Shown here piece by piece: positions 63,423-64,000 of a stretch of 64,000 bases of DNA (positions are counted from its first letter, which is position 1; every line of letters starts with the position of its first letter). Under the pieces are notes generated by a model. The model saw only the letters and a program-made list of their open reading frames with translations. It was not told where the DNA came from and ran no database searches. The stretch comes from Mobula hypostoma (lineage: Eukaryota): contig NC_086108.1 of assembly GCF_963921235.1 (NCBI RefSeq), forward strand, positions 8,308,001-8,372,000, read 5' to 3'. Both the position numbers and the translations under genes were made by a program.

Positions 63423-63742
63423 CTCTCATCTCTAGCTCAGTGTCCTAACTGTGATCATCATAGCTGTGCTGTGGCCTCAGACTTGCCTTCGTAGTGGACG
63501 TGGTTTCCTTTTGTAGTGATACCAGTGGTTTTGGGAGGTCTCCCAGTGCGCCCCTTGAACTTCCAGACACAAAGCAAGGCGGATCCATGGGCTGCCATTA
63601 CAGAATTAGTTCGACATGGAACAGTAATTGGGCAAGGAGAGATATTTGGGTCCCCGCAGACTGAGGGCTGATGTCATAGCCCAGTAACTTACTAGCCTGA
63701 CAAGGAAAGACTCGGATTTTCAATGAATTACCAGTCAAGGAG

Positions 63743-63770
63743 CAGCTGATTGACACGTATCCAAATATGG
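63743..63770. promoter_or_regulatory. E-box plus consensus CArG box in a non-repeat island (putative SRF/bHLH enhancer)
   Basis: CAGCTG at 63743-63748 and CCAAATATGG at 63761-63770. Confidence 0.35.
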
Positions 63771-64000
63771 GCAAATTCTGTCAGGCACTGAAGCGTATAG
63801 TGCATGCGTATTCCTTCAGTCTTCAGCCCCCTCTCCACTTACACAGTGCTCCCACACAAAAATCTCTCATCTCTCGCCAAACCACTGACATTCAAAATTT
63901 AGTCTGAAAAATTAAACTAAAAATTCCCCACTATGACACTAAACAGCTGTGATCTTTTGGATATCGCATCAGTCTGCCAACATCCGTGTTCAATAGACCG

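Noticed and set aside
63786..63822. Short hairpin ACTGAAG...CTTCAGT as a pre-miRNA
   Set aside because: The stem is too short and I do not recognise a mature miRNA.

Overview
Eukaryotic, repeat-dense vertebrate DNA. It is most likely from a cartilaginous fish (ray or shark), inferred from HE1-like V-SINEs together with CR1/HER1-like LINEs. Most of the window is nested retroelement debris: CR1 LINEs (one young 5'-truncated copy with an intact 413-aa RT ORF, and one deleted near-full-length copy with an SGNH-esterase ORF1), Rex1/Babar-type LINEs, Penelope-like elements (PLE), RTE-derived non-autonomous elements, tRNA SINEs and two MITE-like DNA transposons. There are also several mini- and microsatellites. 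A CpG island at about 26.0-27.1 kb with a minus-strand GTAAGT donor suggests the promoter and first exon of an unidentified host gene running leftwards, with two weak micro-exon candidates. No host protein could be named. The most notable observations are: (i) minimal hammerhead-ribozyme motifs in PLE termini, including a 203-bp near-perfect palindrome flanked by a 17-bp duplication; (ii) two independently inserted Rex1/Babar copies that share the same two inactivating lesions; (iii) a four-copy ORF-less retroelement family with a YY1-type head and a 3' stem-loop/(AATCT)n tail. All family assignments are by-eye motif recognition. No database searches were run.
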